Source of the DNA: Eledone cirrhosa
Lineage: Eukaryota
Direction of reading: 5' to 3'
Assembly: GCA_964016885.1 (NCBI GenBank)
Contig: OZ024745.1
Span: forward strand, 19,034,001-19,098,000
DNA length: 64,000 bases
The notes beneath the pieces are model-generated. The model saw nothing but the letters and a program-made list of their open reading frames with translations, did not search any database and was not told the origin of the DNA. Within the stretch, counting starts at the first letter, position 1. Every line of letters begins with the position of its first letter. Positions 25,312-37,700 of the stretch are shown here, one piece after another. Position numbers and translations under genes: made by a program.

Positions 25312-25425
25312 GATGGCAAGAACTATAAGACACAATCTGTTGAGATAGAAGTTCTGGATGTTGCTGACTTACCACCATATTTTGTTTTAGCACAATCAGT
25401 GGCTGTTTTTGAAACCAATAATATA
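25312..25425 (+). CDS. Cadherin exon 7 (DGKNYKTQSVEIEVLDVADLPPYF...TNNI)
   Basis: ttcttgaag acceptor, gtaagt donor; DVADLPPYF linker. Confidence 0.92.
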
Positions 25426-25439
25426 GTAAGTAATTACTG

Positions 25440-27140
25440 GTGTGTGGTTGTGGTGGTAGTTGTGGTGGTGGAGTTGTGTTGTGGCGGTGGAGTTGTGTTG
25501 TGGTGGAGTTGTGTTATGGTTGTGGCGGTGGTTGTGGTGGTGGAGTTGTGGTGGTGGAGTTGTGGTTGTGGAGTTGTGTTGTGGTTGTGGTTGTGTTGGT
25601 GGTTGTGGCGGTGGTTGTGGTGGTGGAGTTGTGTTGTGGTTTTGGTTGTGGCGGTAATTGTGGTGGTGGAGTTGTGGTGGTGGAGTTGTGGAGTTGTGTT
25701 GTGGTTGTGGCGGTGGTTGTGGTGGTGGAGTTGTGGTGGTGGAGTTGTGTTGTGGTTGTGGTGGTAGTTGTGGTGGTAGTGAGGTGGTTGTGGTGGTAGT
25801 TGTGGTGGAGCTGTGGTTGTGGTGGTAGTGGGGTGGTGGTGGTTGTGGTGCTGGAGTTGTGTTGTGGTTGTAGTTGTGGTGGTGGAGTTGTGCTGTGGTT
25901 GTGGTGGTAGTGGGTGTGGTGTGTGGTTGAGGTGGTAGTTGTGGCGGTAGAGTTGTGTTGTGGTGGTGGTTGTGGCGGTGGTGGTGTTTGTGGTGGTGGA
26001 GTTGTGATGGTGGAGTTGTGTTGTGGTGGTAGTTGTGGTCATAGTGGGGTAGTAGTTGTGGTCGTAGTGTGGTGGTTGTGGTGGTAGTTGTGATGTTGTG
26101 GTTGTGGTGGTAGTTTGTGGAGGTGGAGTTGTGTTGTGGTTGTGGTGGTAGTGGAGTGGTTGTGGTGGTAGTTGTGATCGTGGAGTTGTTGTGGTAGTAG
26201 TGGGTTGGTTGTGGTGGTAGTTGTGGTGGTGTAGTTGTATTGTGGTTGTGGTGGTAGTGGGGTGGAGTTGTATTGTGGTTGTGGTGGTTGAGGTGGTTGT
26301 GGTTGTGGTGGTGGTTGTGGTGGTGGAGTTGTGTTGTGGTTGTAATGGTAGTTGTGGTGGTGGAGTTGTGCTGTGGTTGTGGTGGTAGTGGGGTGGTGGA
26401 GTTGTGTTGTCGTTGTGGTGATAGTTGTGGTGGTAGTGGGGTGGTTGTGGTGGTAGTTGTAGTGGTAGTCGTGGAGGCAGAGTTGTGTTGCGGTGGTGGT
26501 AGTTGTGGTGGTGGAGTTGTGTTGTGGTTGTGGTGGTAGTTGTGGTGGTTGTGGTGGTAGATGTGGTGGTAGTAGTGGTGGTAGTTGTGGTGGTAGTGGG
26601 GTGGTTGTGGTGGTGGAGTCGTGTTATGGTTGTGGTGGTGGTTGTGGTGGTAGTGGGGTGGTAGTGGGGTGGTTGTGGTGGTAGTCGTGGTAATAGTGAT
26701 GGTAGTTGTGGTAGTGGAGTTGTGTCGTGTGGGGTTGTTGTGGTGGTAGTGATGGTAGTTGTGGTGGTAGTTGTAGTGGTAGTTGTGGTAGTAGTGGTAG
26801 TAGTGGTTAGTTGTTGTAGTAGTAGTGATAGTAGTGGTAGTTGTTGTGGTAGTAGTGCTAGTTGTTGTGGTAGTAGTTGTAGTTGTTGTGGTAGTAGTGG
26901 TAATTGTTGTGGTAGTGGTGGTAGTAGTGGTGGTAGTAGTAGTGGTAATGGTTGTGGTAGTAGTGGTAGTAGTGGTAGTTGTTGTGGTAGTAGTGGTAGT
27001 TGTTGTGATAGTAGTGATAGTTTTGGTGGTAGTAGTGGTAGTAGTGGTAGTAGTAGTGGTAGTTGTTGTGGTAGTAGTAGTGGTAGTTGTTGTGGTAGTA
27101 GTGGTAGTTGTTGTGGTAGTAGTGGTGGTAGTAGTGGTAT
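25440..27140. repeat. Low-complexity (GTG/GTT/GTA)n compound repeat
   Basis: Fills nearly the whole intron between exons 7 and 8. Confidence 0.95.
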
Positions 27141-27214
27141 ATCTAATTGGTATAGTAGCTATTCATGTTTCTACTGAAATCTATCTAATTTCCATTGCCA
27201 TTATATTCTTTCAG

Positions 27215-27293
27215 GGAGTTAATATTGTAACAGTCAAAGCTAAAGATGGTGATAGATTCTCACCACGACAGTTGCGTTATGAAATTTATAATG
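27215..27293 (+). CDS. Cadherin exon 8 (GVNIVTVKAKDGDRFSPRQLRYEIYN)
   Basis: tttcag acceptor, gtaggt donor; AxDGD motif; phase 0/1. Confidence 0.93.
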
Positions 27294-27358
27294 GTAGGTT
27301 TCCATTGTGTTTTTCTTTGGGCTTACACACACATATATACATACATTTTATGCTTACA

Positions 27359-27450
<92 letters not shown>

Positions 27451-27899
27451 ATATATATACGGCTGGCCCCTTGATTGTAGAGCTAATTCAGTTGAATGGA
27501 CTCTGCTGCTATTTCTAGCTGTCGATAATCCTATTCACGCCACTGGGATGATGCGGTGCGATGTCTGTATTTTTTATAAAATGCAACACGTGGTTCGAGT
27601 CATTAACAGATTTGCATTTGCTGTGTAAACGCAGATGTTTTGATCTTCTCCTTTGGTGACCATCCGGGATTTGACCGCTGTGATTTACTGGTTAATTGGT
27701 GAAATATATTTGTTATTTAAAGAAATATATACAAAGGAGATTAATCATTTTAACAGGTGTCTATATTTGAAGTTTTAGTTAAACTTTAATTAGTTACCTA
27801 CCTAGCTATGTGTGCTTACACACTTTACAAATTATTCCCTGAGATTGTTTCATGTGTTTATTTTATATATATATATATGTGTCAATCTATTTCTAGTTG

Positions 27900-29144
27900 A
27901 TATATATACATACATTTTATGCTTACACACACACATATATATACATGCATTTTATGCTTACACACACACATATATATACATGCATTTTATGCTTACACAC
28001 ACATATATACATGCATTTTATGCTTACACACACATATATACATACATTTTATGCTTACACACACATATATATACATGCATTTTATGCTTACACACACATA
28101 TATACATACATTTTATGCTTACACACACATATATATACATGCATTTTATGCTTACACACACATATATACATACATTTTATGCTTACACACACATATATAC
28201 ATACATTTTATGCTTACACATGCATATATACATACATTTTATGCTTACACATATATACATACATGTTATGCTTACACACACATATATATACATACATTTT
28301 ATGCTTACACACACATATATACATACATTTTATGCTTACACACACACATATATACATACATTTTATGCTTACACACACATATATACATACATTTTATGCT
28401 TACACATGCATATATACATACATTTTATGCTTACACATATATACATACATTTTATGCTTACACACACATATATACATACATTTTATGCTTACACACACAT
28501 ATATATACATGCATTTTATGCTTACACACACATATATACATGCATTTTATGCTTACACACACATATATACATACATTTTATGCTTACACAAGCATATATA
28601 CATACATTTTATGCTTACACAAGCATATATACATACATTTTATGCTTACACACACACATATATACATACATTTTATGCTTACACAAGCATATATACATAC
28701 ATTTTATGCTTACACACACATATATACATACATTTTATGCTTACACATATATACATACATTTTATGCTTACACACACATATATACATACATTTTATGCTT
28801 ACACAAGCATATATACATACATTTTATGCTTACACACACATATATACATACATTTTATGCTTACACATGCATATATACATACATTTTATGCTTACACACA
28901 CACATATATACATACATTTTATGCTTACACACACATATATACATACATTTTATGCTTACACACACATACATACATACATTTTATGCTTACACACACACAT
29001 ATATACATACATTTTATGCTTACACAAGCATATATACATACATTTTATGCTTACACATATATACATACATTTTATGCTTACACACACATATATACATACA
29101 TTTTATGCTTACACATATATACATACATGTTATGCTTACACACA
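27900..29144. repeat. ~28-bp minisatellite (ATATATACATACATTTTATGCTTACACACAC-type), left half
   Basis: Tandem units of variable length; interrupted by the LINE. Confidence 0.95.
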
Positions 29145-29250
29145 TCATCATCATCATCATCATCAGGTTTAGCGTCCGTGTTCCACGCTTGCATGGGTTT
29201 GGACGGGGGTTTTCCCACTTGAGGCAAGAGTGATTGTCTTGCTCGCATAG

Positions 29251-29922
29251 GACTGTCTGGCGGGTTTTCTACAGTTGGATGCCCTTCCTAACACCAACCA
29301 CATTTACAGTGTGGGGCTGGGAGGTTTTTACCGTGTTGCCTACACGGCCACATTACAGCGTGGACTGTCTGGCGGGTTTTCTACAGCTGGATGCCCTTCC
29401 TAACACCAACCACATTTACAGTGTGGGGCTGGGAGGTTTTTACCGTGTTGCCTACACGGCCACATTACAGCGTGGACTGTCTGGCGGGTTTTCTACAGCT
29501 GGATGCCCTTCCTAACACCAACCACATTTACAGTGTGGGGCTGGGAGGTTTTTACCGTGTTGCCTACACGGCCACATTACAGCGTGGACTGTCTGGCGGG
29601 TTTTCTACAGCTGGATGCCCTTCCTAACACCAACCACATTTACAGTGTGGGGCTGGGAGGTTTTTACCGTGTTGCCTACACGGCCACATTACAGCGTGGA
29701 CTGTCTGGCGGGTTTTCTACAGCTGGATGCCCTTCCTAACACCAACCACATTTACAGTGTGGGGCTGGGAGGTTTTTACCGTGTTGCCTACACGGCCACA
29801 TTACAGCGTGGACTGTCTGGCGGGTTTTCTACAGCTGGATGCCCTTCCTAACACCAACCACATTTACAGTGTGGGGCTGGGAGGTTTTTACCGTGTTGCC
29901 TACACGGCCACATTTACAGCGT
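29251..29922. repeat. 112-bp tandem repeat, 6 copies, within the LINE 3' UTR
   Basis: Identical short ORFs recur every 112 bp (29391, 29503, 29615, 29727, 29839). Confidence 0.97.
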
Positions 29923-30097
29923 GGACTGTGTGTTTTTTGTCGTGACACCTACACGATCTCATTTGTTTCGGCCTGGATGTTGTGGGACCAACATAACTTT
30001 ACATTGAAAGGGGCGGTGTGGGTGGGGTGGAGGTGGTGGGACGGGGGTGTGTTTTGATAGAGATGCCTACTGACTGTAGTAGGTTTTTACTTTGTAT

Positions 30098-33000
30098 TTA
30101 GGTAAGGCGGGTCTTCTCTATTACTGAGTACCGCCAAAGGTCTCGGTCCAGTGACATTGTCTTGGAGAGGTGTAAGCGTGTGAGGTCGGAATTTATCAGC
30201 TCGTCCCATGTTTTTCTGGGTCTGCCTATTCCGTGGCTTCCGTCTATCTTTATTGCCCTGCACTTTGTTATACAGCTGTCGTCTTTCATGCGCATCACGT
30301 GACCGTACCAACGTAGCCTTCTCTCGAGTAAACAACATCTGATCCCTCTTATTTCTAATTTTTTCCTTAGTTCGTTTATGCTTTGCCGTTCACGTATATT
30401 ACTATTGCACATCCAGCGGAGCATGCAAGCTTCGTTCCTCTCTAGTCTGCGTATATCCTCTGCACACAATGCCCAGGTCTCACTGCCATGCAGCATTGCT
30501 GTTCGTATGCAGGCATCGTATAACCTGCCTTTCATTTTTAGGGAGAACCCTCTAGCGGCTAATAGTGGTATAAGCTCTCTGAACTTTTTCCATCCAGTTC
30601 TGACTCTAGCTACTGTACTTTCAGAGCACCCTCCCCCACTGCTGATTTTGTCACCCAGATAACGGAAGCTGTCCACTATTTCTATAGAACCCTCTGCGCA
30701 GTTGAAGGAGCTAGTATTTTGTGGGCACTTGCTGCTACTTATTGCACCAGAGCACCGGCCACATGTAAAATCTATGTTCTTAGTTAGCTTACCTGTGATC
30801 CCACTACATCTTTTATGCACCCATACTTTGCATTTGGGACATAAAATGGAGTTTCTACCTACGCCTTTCCTACACACTGAGCATGGCCATTTCCCAGATG
30901 GGACCGCCGCCTTATTTTCTTTCCTACAAACTAGAACTTTAGTCTTAGCCAGGTTAATTTTAAGGCCTTTTGATTCTAGGCCGTGCTTCCATGTTTGGAA
31001 TTTCTTCTCTAGTTCGGTCATTGATTCAGCTATGAGCGTTAGATCATCTGCGTATAGGAGTTCCCATGGGCAGCCGGTCTTGAACTCCTCTGTTATAGCC
31101 TGAAGGGCAATAATAAATAGTAGGGGGCTAAGAACAGAGCCCTGATGGACACCAACTTTTACGCTAAACTCTTCACTATATTCGTTGTTAATTCTAACCT
31201 TACTGACTGTTTCTTTATACATGGCTTGTATAGCTCTCACAAGCCATTCGTCAACACCTAGTTTTCTAAGAGACCACCAGATAATGGAACGGGGGACTCT
31301 GTCGAAGGCTTTCTCCAAGTCGACGAAAGCTAAGTATAGGGGTTTACTTTTAGCTAGGTACTTCTCCTGTAGTTGTCGTACAATGAAAAGAGCGTCTGTG
31401 GTACTTTTGCCTGACACAAACCCGAACTGCATTTCATCTAGATCAATTCTCTCTCTGATTAGTTGCGCTATTACTTTTTCCGTGACCTTCATGACCTGGT
31501 CGATTAATTTAATGCCTCTATAGTTACTCCTATCTAGGGCATCTCCTTTTCCCTTATAGCAGTTAACGATGATGCTGCTACGCCATTCCTTCGGAACAAC
31601 CCCATTCTGTACGACTTGGTTAACTATCCGGGTGACCATGGTGTGTCCCACCGAACCAGATGCCTTCAGCATCTCAGCAACTATTTCCGAAGGCCCAGCC
31701 GCCTTACCGGTCTTCATATCTTTGATTGCCTTACTTATTATACTACCTTCAACTAACACTGCTGGTCCCTCTATTGGATCGATCTGGGGGAGACTGTCTT
31801 TCTCCCATTTGTTCTCCTCATTTAGAAGCCTTTCGTAGTGACACTTCCAAGCTACCTTCTTATCAGCGTCGGTGATGGCAAGTATGCCATCATCGTTAAG
31901 TACACACTTCTCCCCGACAATATCACAGTTTTCCTTGACACATTGCCTGGCAATCCTGAACACCTCACGTTTTTGGTCCTCACGTTGTAGAACATGCTTG
32001 AACTTTCTTTCCTCTGCTTCCCTTCTTGCGAAGTACACTTGTCTCCTAGCTTCCCTCCTGGCCACTTGATAGTCTTCTCTACTTCCCCCATCCCGCCATA
32101 CTTTCCAAGCCTGCTTTTTGGCCTTAATTGACTCCTCCACCTTACTGTTCCACCACCATGTTACTCTCCTCCTACCTACAGGCCTGCTCCAGCCACAGAC
32201 TTCGTCTGCCGCCATCAGCAGGTTTGCTCTCAGGAATTCCCACTGTTCCTCTATATTATACGACTCTAATTGCTCTTCCTTACTGTCGAAAGCGTCAAGT
32301 AATATGCTTTGAAATTTATTTCTGGCTATGGGGTCCTTTAGCTTCCATATTTTTCTCCTGAGGATAGTCCTCTTCCGCTGTCTAGTACGTCTCGTCCTGA
32401 CTATGAGGTCGCTAATTATCAGTCTATGTTGGGAGGTGAATTCTTCATGGGGGTGGGATTTAGTGTTAACAACAGACACTCTGTCACGTCTTCTGGTAAG
32501 GATATAATCTACCTGGCTTGTGTGTTCCCCCGATCTATAGGTGATCAAGTGATTGTCTCGTTTTTTGAAGTTAGTGTTACAGATAGTTAAGTTATTTGCG
32601 TCGCAGAATTCCAGGATTCTGGAGCCTTCCTCATTTCTAGTACCGAACCCATAGCCTCCATGGATTCCGTCATAGCCGTCACAATGTTGTCCAACGTGAC
32701 CATTTAGGTCGCCTGCAATAATTATATAGTCACTGTCGGTTATTTGGGAGGTAGCGAGCATCAGTGTCTCGTAGAATCTGTCTTTTATAGCGCCGGGCAG
32801 TCCGGATTTGGGTGCGTACGCAGATATTACTGTCACCGTAGTTTTATTGAGGACAAGTCTTATTTTAATTATTCTGTCGTTCACTCTATTTACGTCTATT
32901 ATCTTATCTGCCCACTTTTCTGCTACCATGATTCCTACCCCACCCAACCCATTGTCATTTCCCACCCAGAAAAGCTTATAGCATCGTTCTTTACCCACGA

Positions 33001-33118
33001 TGAATCTAGCCGACCCTCCCCTCCACCTGGTCTCTTGAATACAACAAACATCGACCTCCTTACGTTCAAGCATTTCTACAACCTCGTTAGAGCGACCCTT
33101 TAAGGTGCCTACATTCAT
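30098..33118 (-). CDS. LINE protein: AP endonuclease, reverse transcriptase, PHD finger
   Basis: APE motifs NVGT, CIQET, SAYAP, GDLNGH, VDYIL, SQH. RT motifs YRGIKL, QFGF, FVDLEKAFD, GVHQGSVLSP, YADD, FRYLG. C4HC3 finger after KTKVLV. Confidence 0.95.
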   Translation of the reverse strand: MNVGTLKGRSNEVVEMLERKEVDVCCIQETRWRGGSARFIVGKERCYKLFWVGNDNGLGGVGIMVAEKWADKIIDVNRVNDRIIKIRLVLNKTTVTVISAYAPKSGLPGAIKDRFYETLMLATSQITDSDYIIIAGDLNGHVGQHCDGYDGIHGGYGFGTRNEEGSRILEFCDANNLTICNTNFKKRDNHLITYRSGEHTSQVDYILTRRRDRVSVVNTKSHPHEEFTSQHRLIISDLIVRTRRTRQRKRTILRRKIWKLKDPIARNKFQSILLDAFDSKEEQLESYNIEEQWEFLRANLLMAADEVCGWSRPVGRRRVTWWWNSKVEESIKAKKQAWKVWRDGGSREDYQVARREARRQVYFARREAEERKFKHVLQREDQKREVFRIARQCVKENCDIVGEKCVLNDDGILAITDADKKVAWKCHYERLLNEENKWEKDSLPQIDPIEGPAVLVEGSIISKAIKDMKTGKAAGPSEIVAEMLKASGSVGHTMVTRIVNQVVQNGVVPKEWRSSIIVNCYKGKGDALDRSNYRGIKLIDQVMKVTEKVIAQLIRERIDLDEMQFGFVSGKSTTDALFIVRQLQEKYLAKSKPLYLAFVDLEKAFDRVPRSIIWWSLRKLGVDEWLVRAIQAMYKETVSKVRINNEYSEEFSVKVGVHQGSVLSPLLFIIALQAITEEFKTGCPWELLYADDLTLIAESMTELEKKFQTWKHGLESKGLKINLAKTKVLVCRKENKAAVPSGKWPCSVCRKGVGRNSILCPKCKVWVHKRCSGITGKLTKNIDFTCGRCSGAISSSKCPQNTSSFNCAEGSIEIVDSFRYLGDKISSGGGCSESTVARVRTGWKKFRELIPLLAARGFSLKMKGRLYDACIRTAMLHGSETWALCAEDIRRLERNEACMLRWMCNSNIRERQSINELRKKLEIRGIRCCLLERRLRWYGHVMRMKDDSCITKCRAIKIDGSHGIGRPRKTWDELINSDLTRLHLSKTMSLDRDLWRYSVIEKTRLT

Positions 33119-33757
33119 GGTACCAACTCTGAAGTTTTGGATTGCGTTTGGAGGGTGGGAGCGGGGGGGGATGGGGTTATGTTAGCCATCCTGGGCCGAA
33201 ACAAGGAGGAGTGCTTGCATTCTCGTCCACGAGGTGAATTTGGCTTTATCTTTGGCATTGTCGCTGAGCGTCCACATTTTTCTCTCTTCAACTCTCCAGA
33301 ATTCCGTAGTCCATCCATCATATCGAAAAGCAACCAGTTAAGCGATAGTATGGGCCTCTGACTTATGATTGGTCCCCGTAATAATGGTGGTGCGTGGGGG
33401 CGGGAGGGATGATGGGTTGTTAGCGAGAATGTAAGGTTTAAGATAAGATCGCCGTATTTTGGGCATAATTTAACAATAAACGAAAATACAAGATTTGTTT
33501 TGTTTAAGAAAATACGATAGAGAAAATGCGGTGATAGGGAAAATATGATTTTTAGAGAAAAGATATGATATAGAATGGTGAAAATATGATATAGTGTGAA
33601 ATTAGGACATAGAAGTGATTGAATGAATGGGTTCGAATGGAGAGAAGAATCGAGAAAAATTTGAACGTTACTTTATACCGAAGGAACCGAAGGGAACAGC
33701 CATCCCAGAAATAGCGAGTTGGCGATTTTGATTAATTTTGGTAGGGTTTTATCTTAT

Positions 33758-34830
33758 ATATATACATACATGTTATGCTTACACACACATATATACATAC
33801 ATTGTATGCTTACACACACATATATACATACATTGTATGCTTACACATTCATATATACATACATTTTATGCTTACACACACATATATACATACATTTTAT
33901 GCTTACACACATATATATACATACATTTTATGCTTACACACATATATATACATACATGTTATGCTTACACACACATATATACATACATTGTATGCTTACA
34001 CACGCATATATACATTCATTGTATGCTTACACACATATATATACATACATTGTATGCTTACACACATATATATACATACATTGTATGCTTACACACACAT
34101 ATATACATACATTTTATGCTTACACACACACATATATACATACATTGTATGCTTACACACGCATATATACATTCATTGTATGCTTACACACATATATATA
34201 TACATACATTGTATGCTTACACACACATATATACATACATTTTATGCTTACACACACATATATACATACATTGTATGCTTACACACACATATATACATAC
34301 ATTGTATGCTTACACACACATATATACATACATTGTATGCTTACACACGCATATATACATACATTTTATGCTTACACACACATATATACATACATTTTAT
34401 GCTTACACACACATATATACATACATTGTATGCTTACACACGCATATATACATACATTTTATGCTTACACACACATATATACATACATTTTATGCTTACA
34501 CACACATATATACATACATTTTATGCTTACACACATATATACATACATTGTATGCTTACACACGCATATATACATACATTTTATGCTTACACACACATAT
34601 ATACATACATTTTATGCTTACACACACATATATACATACATTGTATGCTTACACACATAAATATACATACATTTTATGCTTACACACACATATATACATA
34701 CATTGTATGCTTACACACATATATATACATACATTGTATGCTTACACACACATATATACATACATTTTATGCTTACACACACATATATACATACATTTTA
34801 TGCTTACACACACATATATATACATACATT
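33758..34830. repeat. ~28-bp minisatellite, right half
   Basis: Same unit as 27900-29144, with frequent CATTGTATGC variant. Confidence 0.95.
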
Positions 34831-35769
34831 AAGATAGTTAAAGTCTGTCCCAAGCCAAGAGACGTCCCATGCCGATACTGATCTCGATCTTCTTGGCATT
34901 AAGCAAATGAGAGTATATGACTGCTCCTAAACAAGACATGAGTCAATCACAGGGTTAGCCCCAAGCTATTACAAGTACTCATTTTTAGCTGAGTATACTG
35001 GACATGATATCAAGTGTATCGCTTAAGAATAAAATGCTCCACAAGGTCCAAGAATCAAACCCATGTCATCATGATCTTTAGTTTAACACACTAACCACTA
35101 GGCCACACACCTTCACATACATGTATCATCATCACCATTTTAATGTCCATTCTCCCTACTAGCAAGGGCTAGGCAGGTCTACATAAACCAAGTCAGTAGT
35201 GAAGCTGTGGCTACTGATTTCCCAGGCAACCCAGGGATCTGCCATCTCACACATGTATGGTCTCACATTCTAATGAGTGCACAGGAGAGGTTTGCATGTC
35301 TTTGACAAAACTAAGGGTCCGCACAACCCTTTGTTTGGCAAGCTTTCTATGGGTGGATGCCCTTCCTAACACCAACCACTTTACAGCATGTTCTGGGTGT
35401 AGATCATTTGTACTAGGGAGGCTGTCATGACATTGACATGGCTGAGGTGTCCTCCCAACCCTTTGTTTGTCAAGCTTTTTACAGCCGCATGTTATTCCTA
35501 TCGCCAACCACATTACAGCACATACTGGGTGTGTTTATCATGTAGGTCACCAAACACTAGGAAGGCTGTCATGTCTTTGACATGACAGAAGAGTCCTTCC
35601 AACACTTTGTTTGCCAAGCCTTCTTTGGCTGGATGCCCTTCCCATCACCAACCACCTCACAAGAGGGCAGCAGCTAGGAATGTTTGTGTGGGAGGGGGCA
35701 TGAAGGTGTGTGTGGTGAGGGTATTGTTGTGGGGTTGTGAATAGCTCTTAGTAAATGGTAGTGGAAGAG

Positions 35770-36380
35770 GAGGGCAGGTCAGACCATATGTATGTTGCAG
35801 ATCAGGACGTCTTCAGCACCATATAGTGCCATCCCTCGCAGTTTTTGTAATTTCTGTTGTGAGGTTTAATTTTTTAAGATCAGTCTTCACAACCTCATCC
35901 CATGTCTTTTGGGGTCTTCCACTTCCACTGGGGTTCCTTTACATTTCTTTATGAAGCTGTTATCTTCCATGTACATCATATGTCCATACCAATGCACTCT
36001 TCTCTTTTTCTCACTACATCCTATTCCTCATATGCCAAGTTTTTCTCTCAGTTGGCTTATGCTATGTTGCCAATGCACATTAACATTACACATTCATTGG
36101 AGCATACTCGACTCATTTCTTTCTAGCCTCTGCAGGTCTTCTGCAGTCAAGACCCGTGTTTCACTGCCTTGTAATACTGCAGTTCATACACAGGCATCAT
36201 GCAGTCTACCCTTCACCTTGAGAGAAAAGTATTTTGTTGTTAGCAGCAGTAATAGATCTCTAAACTTCTTCCAGCCTGTTCTTATCCTAGCTATCACACT
36301 TTCGGTGCATCCTTCACCACTGATAATTTGATCACCAAGGTAGCAAAAACTTTCAACAACTTCTAGGGACCCTTCCTGTA
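35770..36380 (-). mobile_element. Older degenerate 3' fragment of the same RTE lineage
   Basis: F.YLGDQIISG.GC.ES..ARIRTGWKKFRDL and GRPQKTWDE remnants. Confidence 0.8.
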
Positions 36381-37584
36381 TATATATATATATATATTAG
36401 TGGTTAGAGCGTCGAGCTTATAATCATGAGGTTGTGAGTTAGATTTTTGGACCAGCTTTGCATTGTGTTCTTGAGCAAGACACTTTATTTCACATTGCTC
36501 CAGTTCACTCAGCTGTAGAAATGAGTTGCTATGTCACTGGTGCCAAGCTGTTTCGGCCATTGCTTTTCCCATGGACAACATTGGTGGTGTGGAGAGGGGA
36601 AACTGATATACATGGGCGACTGCTGGTCTTCCACAAACAACCTTGCCCAGACTTGTGCCTTGGAGGGAAACTTTCTAGGTGCAAATCACATGGTCATTTG
36701 TGACCGAAGGAGATCTTATATATATATATACCCATGCTAGCATGGAAAAATGGATGTAAAATGATGATGATATATATATATATATATATCCTCTTTCCAG
36801 AATCTAGCCAATAGATACAGGTCTATATTTTTAACTTGGTATAGTTCTAACATTTTCTTTCTTCCATGTTCCTTTTCTTCTTTTACTCTACTTTGATAAA
36901 CATCAGATCATTTCTTTTTCTTTTCATTCAGCACATGTATTTTTTCTGTATTTCATATTTAATGTGCATACATACTGTTCACCACATGTCTTCTTCTTTT
37001 TGCCTTTTGTTTACCTTCTTTAATCTTACCTTGTTCAACTGTCCATCTCATCTTTCAGTTCATTTCTCTCATTATATTTGGTGTGATCTCTGTTTTGATG
37101 TCCTTCCTAATGATAAACACTTTACAGTGTATAGTGGGTGCATTTTATAATAGCATTGACACTAGGAAATTTGTCATGCTCTTCATGTAATGAAATGATC
37201 CACTCTACACTTTTGGCATGATTTCTACAGCTGGATGCTCTTCCTAACATCAAGCACTTTACAGCATGTACTGGGTGCATTTTATCACTACACCAGGACT
37301 AGATAGGTTATCTCACCTTTGTCATGACTGAAGATATCTCTATCAATGTTGTTACTTATTGTCTTGTTTGGGGAGTTCATCTTGCCCTGAGGCAAGCATG
37401 ACCACCTTATTCCAATTGATTTGGGAAATAGAGAGGGGGCTATGGTGAGTATAATTGTATGGTTATGAGTGTGTTGAAGACAGGGAGGGTTATGTGGTGG
37501 TGGTTATTGTCGTGGAGGTACTGCTGATGATGTAGATGATAATGATTATGTCATGCTTTATTATATATTTGAATTTATTTTCAG

Positions 37585-37700
37585 CAACACTTGATTACTT
37601 CAAAATTGACCCCAGAACTGGGTTAATAACCAATAAAGTACCTCTAGATCGTGAAGATCCCAGACTGCCATTTAACACCCCCATTCCTGTACTTTTAAAG
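37585..37700 (+). CDS. Cadherin exon 9 (ATLDYFKIDPRTGLITNKVPLDRED...LLK)
   Basis: ttttcag acceptor, gtaaat donor; FxIDPxTGxI and LDRE; phase 1/0. Confidence 0.95.

Larger units (their letters stand above)
29145..33757 (-). mobile_element. Near full-length RTE-clade LINE (APE + RT + PHD), antisense in intron 8
   Basis: 1006-aa uninterrupted ORF, (TGA)n 3' tail at 29145-29165, candidate 30-bp TSD at 29115-29144 and 33758-33787. Confidence 0.93.

Noticed and set aside
25434-27451. Poly-Val, Thr and Gly-Ser-Cys ORFs resembling keratin-associated proteins
   Set aside because: Trinucleotide low-complexity DNA; only the embedded cadherin exon is credible.
29251-29922. CRISPR-like regular array (also 1-1865 and 17985-20105)
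   Set aside because: No unique spacers, no cas genes, eukaryotic intron context.
27812-34881. HTYI-rich ORFs of 313-473 aa
   Set aside because: Minisatellite read-through in all three frames.
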